Shown here: in pieces, positions 50,465 to 51,957 of the stretch
How positions within the stretch are numbered: position 1 is the stretch's first letter
Layout of the letters: the number at the start of each line of letters is the position of its first letter
Assembly (NCBI GenBank): GCA_937884085.1
Contig: CAKZYD010000408.1
Span: 1 to 51,957 of the forward strand
Length of the DNA: 51,957 nucleotides
Direction: 5' to 3'
Source of the DNA: an uncultured Sphingomonadales bacterium
Lineage (GTDB): Bacteria; Pseudomonadota; Alphaproteobacteria; Sphingomonadales; CAKZYD01
Position numbers and translations under genes: made by a program
The notes under the pieces: model-generated
Seen by the model: the letters and a program-made list of their open reading frames with translations, nothing else
Told to the model about the DNA's origin: nothing
Databases searched by the model: none

Positions 50465-51106
50465 TTAGGCCGATGGAGCGGGACCTTCGTTAACCATGGG
50501 AACGAATTTTGCCGGCGTGACCGTCAGGCGCTTCATTTGGCCCTCGACCTTTGAGAGGCGCACCACATCCTGCGGGCCGTCTTCCGGTCCAATGGGAACT
50601 ACCATATGTCCGCCTTCAGCCTATTGTTCCCACAACTTTTGTGGCAGCTCAGCTGCAGCGGCAGGCACCATGATGCGATTAATCGGCGCTTGTTCCGGCC
50701 AACCTTCCCAGCCATTGCTGAGACGGCAGACTATGTTGCGCAAACGCAACGCTTCAAAACGTTTTTCAGCTGGGCTCAGAAGGTTCTTGAAACGTTCTAC
50801 GCTAAACACGCGGCGCGCGAGGCGAGACAGGATGGCGCATTGATAGCCAGACCCGGTTCCTATCTCCAAGACTTTATCGGTTTTGCTGACCTCCAGCGCC
50901 TGTGTCATCAACCCAACCATAAGCGGCTGGCTAATGGTTTGACCGCTCGCGATGGGCAGCGCCAGATTATCCCACGCATAGTCCGCCATCTCTTCGTCAA
51001 CAAAAGCATCCCTGGGAATGTCAGCCATAACGTTCAAAACAGCATCATTGGTCACGCCGCCGCTGCGCAGGCTTTCGAGAAGCTCTGTTTTGGCCGGGTC
51101 AGCCAT
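50465..51106 (-). pseudogene. pcm: Protein-L-isoaspartate O-methyltransferase carrying an in-frame TAG (50621-50623)
   Basis: SAM motif VLEIGTGSGYQ. The ORF ends ...ELPQKLWEQ*. The same frame continues AEGGHMVVPIGPEDGPQDVVRLSKVEGQMKRLTVTPAKFVPMV to a TAA at 50465. The likely start at ATG 51106 overlaps the surE stop. Confidence 0.9.
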
Positions 51107-51875
51107 TCTCAAACCGGCGGGAAAGCGTCCCTTCCATGCGCTGCCGCGTTGCCTCATGGGTCAGGTTTAAGTGGAGCGGCGTGACGGAAATGAAGCCATC
51201 GCGCACCACCTGCAAATCGCTATCCTCAGGCTGCGCCCCCAGCGCCCGGCTGAGCGCAAACCAATAGTAGGGAAGCCCGCGCATATCATGGCGCGCTTCA
51301 ATCCGCATATCCGTCACGTCGCGCTGTCCTTGATGGGTGACTTCAATGCCCTTCACGCTCTCCGCGCCAAGGGCCGGGAAATTCACATTCATAAGAACGG
51401 TCTCAGGCCAGCCCTCTTTGAGCAAATCACGCACAATGGAGGCGCCAAAGGTTTCAGCGGGCGCCCAATCGATGCGCCCTTCCTGGACATTCACCGCTTG
51501 GCTCAAAGCAATGGAGGGCACACCGGCCAGGGTGCCTTCCATGGCCGCAGCGATCGTCCCGGAGTAAGTCACGTCCTCGCCCAAATTCGAACCGCGATTA
51601 ACGCCGGACAAAACCAAGTCCGGCGCACCATCTTGAATGATGTGGTTGGTGGCCATCATCACGCAGTCCGTCGGTGTGCCGCGCACAGCATAGCGCCGCG
51701 ATGCGAGTTTCACATAGCGCAGAGGTTGGTTAAGCGTGAGCGAATGCCCGGCCCCGGATTGCTCGGCTTCCGGGGCGACTACCCAGACATCGTCACTCAA
51801 TTCGCCGGCAATTTTTTCCAAAACGCCAAGGCCGTCCGCGTGAATACCATCATCGTTGGTTACTAAAATCCGCAT
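51099..51875 (-). CDS. surE: 5'/3'-nucleotidase SurE
   Basis: MRILVTNDDGIHADG..., GVNRGSNLGEDVTYSGT. Confidence 0.95.
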   Translation of the reverse strand: MRILVTNDDGIHADGLGVLEKIAGELSDDVWVVAPEAEQSGAGHSLTLNQPLRYVKLASRRYAVRGTPTDCVMMATNHIIQDGAPDLVLSGVNRGSNLGEDVTYSGTIAAAMEGTLAGVPSIALSQAVNVQEGRIDWAPAETFGASIVRDLLKEGWPETVLMNVNFPALGAESVKGIEVTHQGQRDVTDMRIEARHDMRGLPYYWFALSRALGAQPEDSDLQVVRDGFISVTPLHLNLTHEATRQRMEGTLSRRFENG

Positions 51876-51878
51876 AAG

Positions 51879-51957
51879 CTACTGATTTTCCAGTCTCGTA
51901 AGACCGTCCATATAGGGCTGAAGAACGGACGGGATAGCGACGCTGCCATCTTCATTC
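51879..51957 (-). CDS. serS: Seryl-tRNA synthetase, C-terminal fragment (5' end outside window)
   Basis: The minus-strand frame reads NEDGSVAIPSVLQPYMDGLTRLENQ*, which resembles the conserved SerS C-terminus. It has the usual serS-surE-pcm context. Only 25 codons are visible. Confidence 0.6.
   Translation of the reverse strand, partial: NEDGSVAIPSVLQPYMDGLTRLENQ

Noticed and set aside
50606-51866. 192-aa and 231-aa plus-strand ORFs (50606-51184, 51171-51866)
   Set aside because: They are antisense shadows of pcm and surE, and their composition is Arg/Ala/His-rich with no family resemblance.

Overview
This is a chromosomal window from an alphaproteobacterium, judged from a circularly permuted two-piece tmRNA, DUF2842/DUF1134/DUF2065 genes and the secDF-NDUFAF3/6-like gene order. 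GC looks mid-50s% by eye. About 55 genes are present.

Most of the window is core housekeeping:
- phoR-pstSCAB-phoU-phoB
- an acyl-CoA ligase
- ilvIH-ilvC
- miaA divergent from serB
- hflKC-DUF2065-degP
- apbC/mrp
- thyA ... folA
- ssrA plus sspB
- fumC, ligA and trmFO
- yajC-secDF
- DUF815
- an nlpD-like M23 peptidase
- serS-surE-pcm

One block looks accessory (about 30.97-41.99 kb). It holds a cytochrome P450, a limonene-epoxide-hydrolase-family protein, three SDRs, a PTGR/YncB-type ene-reductase, a ThuA-like protein and a stand-alone Rieske ferredoxin. It also holds a LuxR-type regulator with no luxI nearby and an 1103-aa TonB-dependent receptor. Several operator-like palindromes lie in its intergenic regions, and REP-like hairpin repeats sit at its ligA-side border.

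The most unusual direct observation is that four otherwise intact conserved genes (hflC, apbC, the P450, pcm) each carry exactly one in-frame TAA or TAG. Family-typical sequence continues in the same frame after each stop.

I saw no transposase, integrase, CRISPR array, tRNA or rRNA gene. Many long ORFs in the supplied track are antisense shadows of real genes and were discarded.
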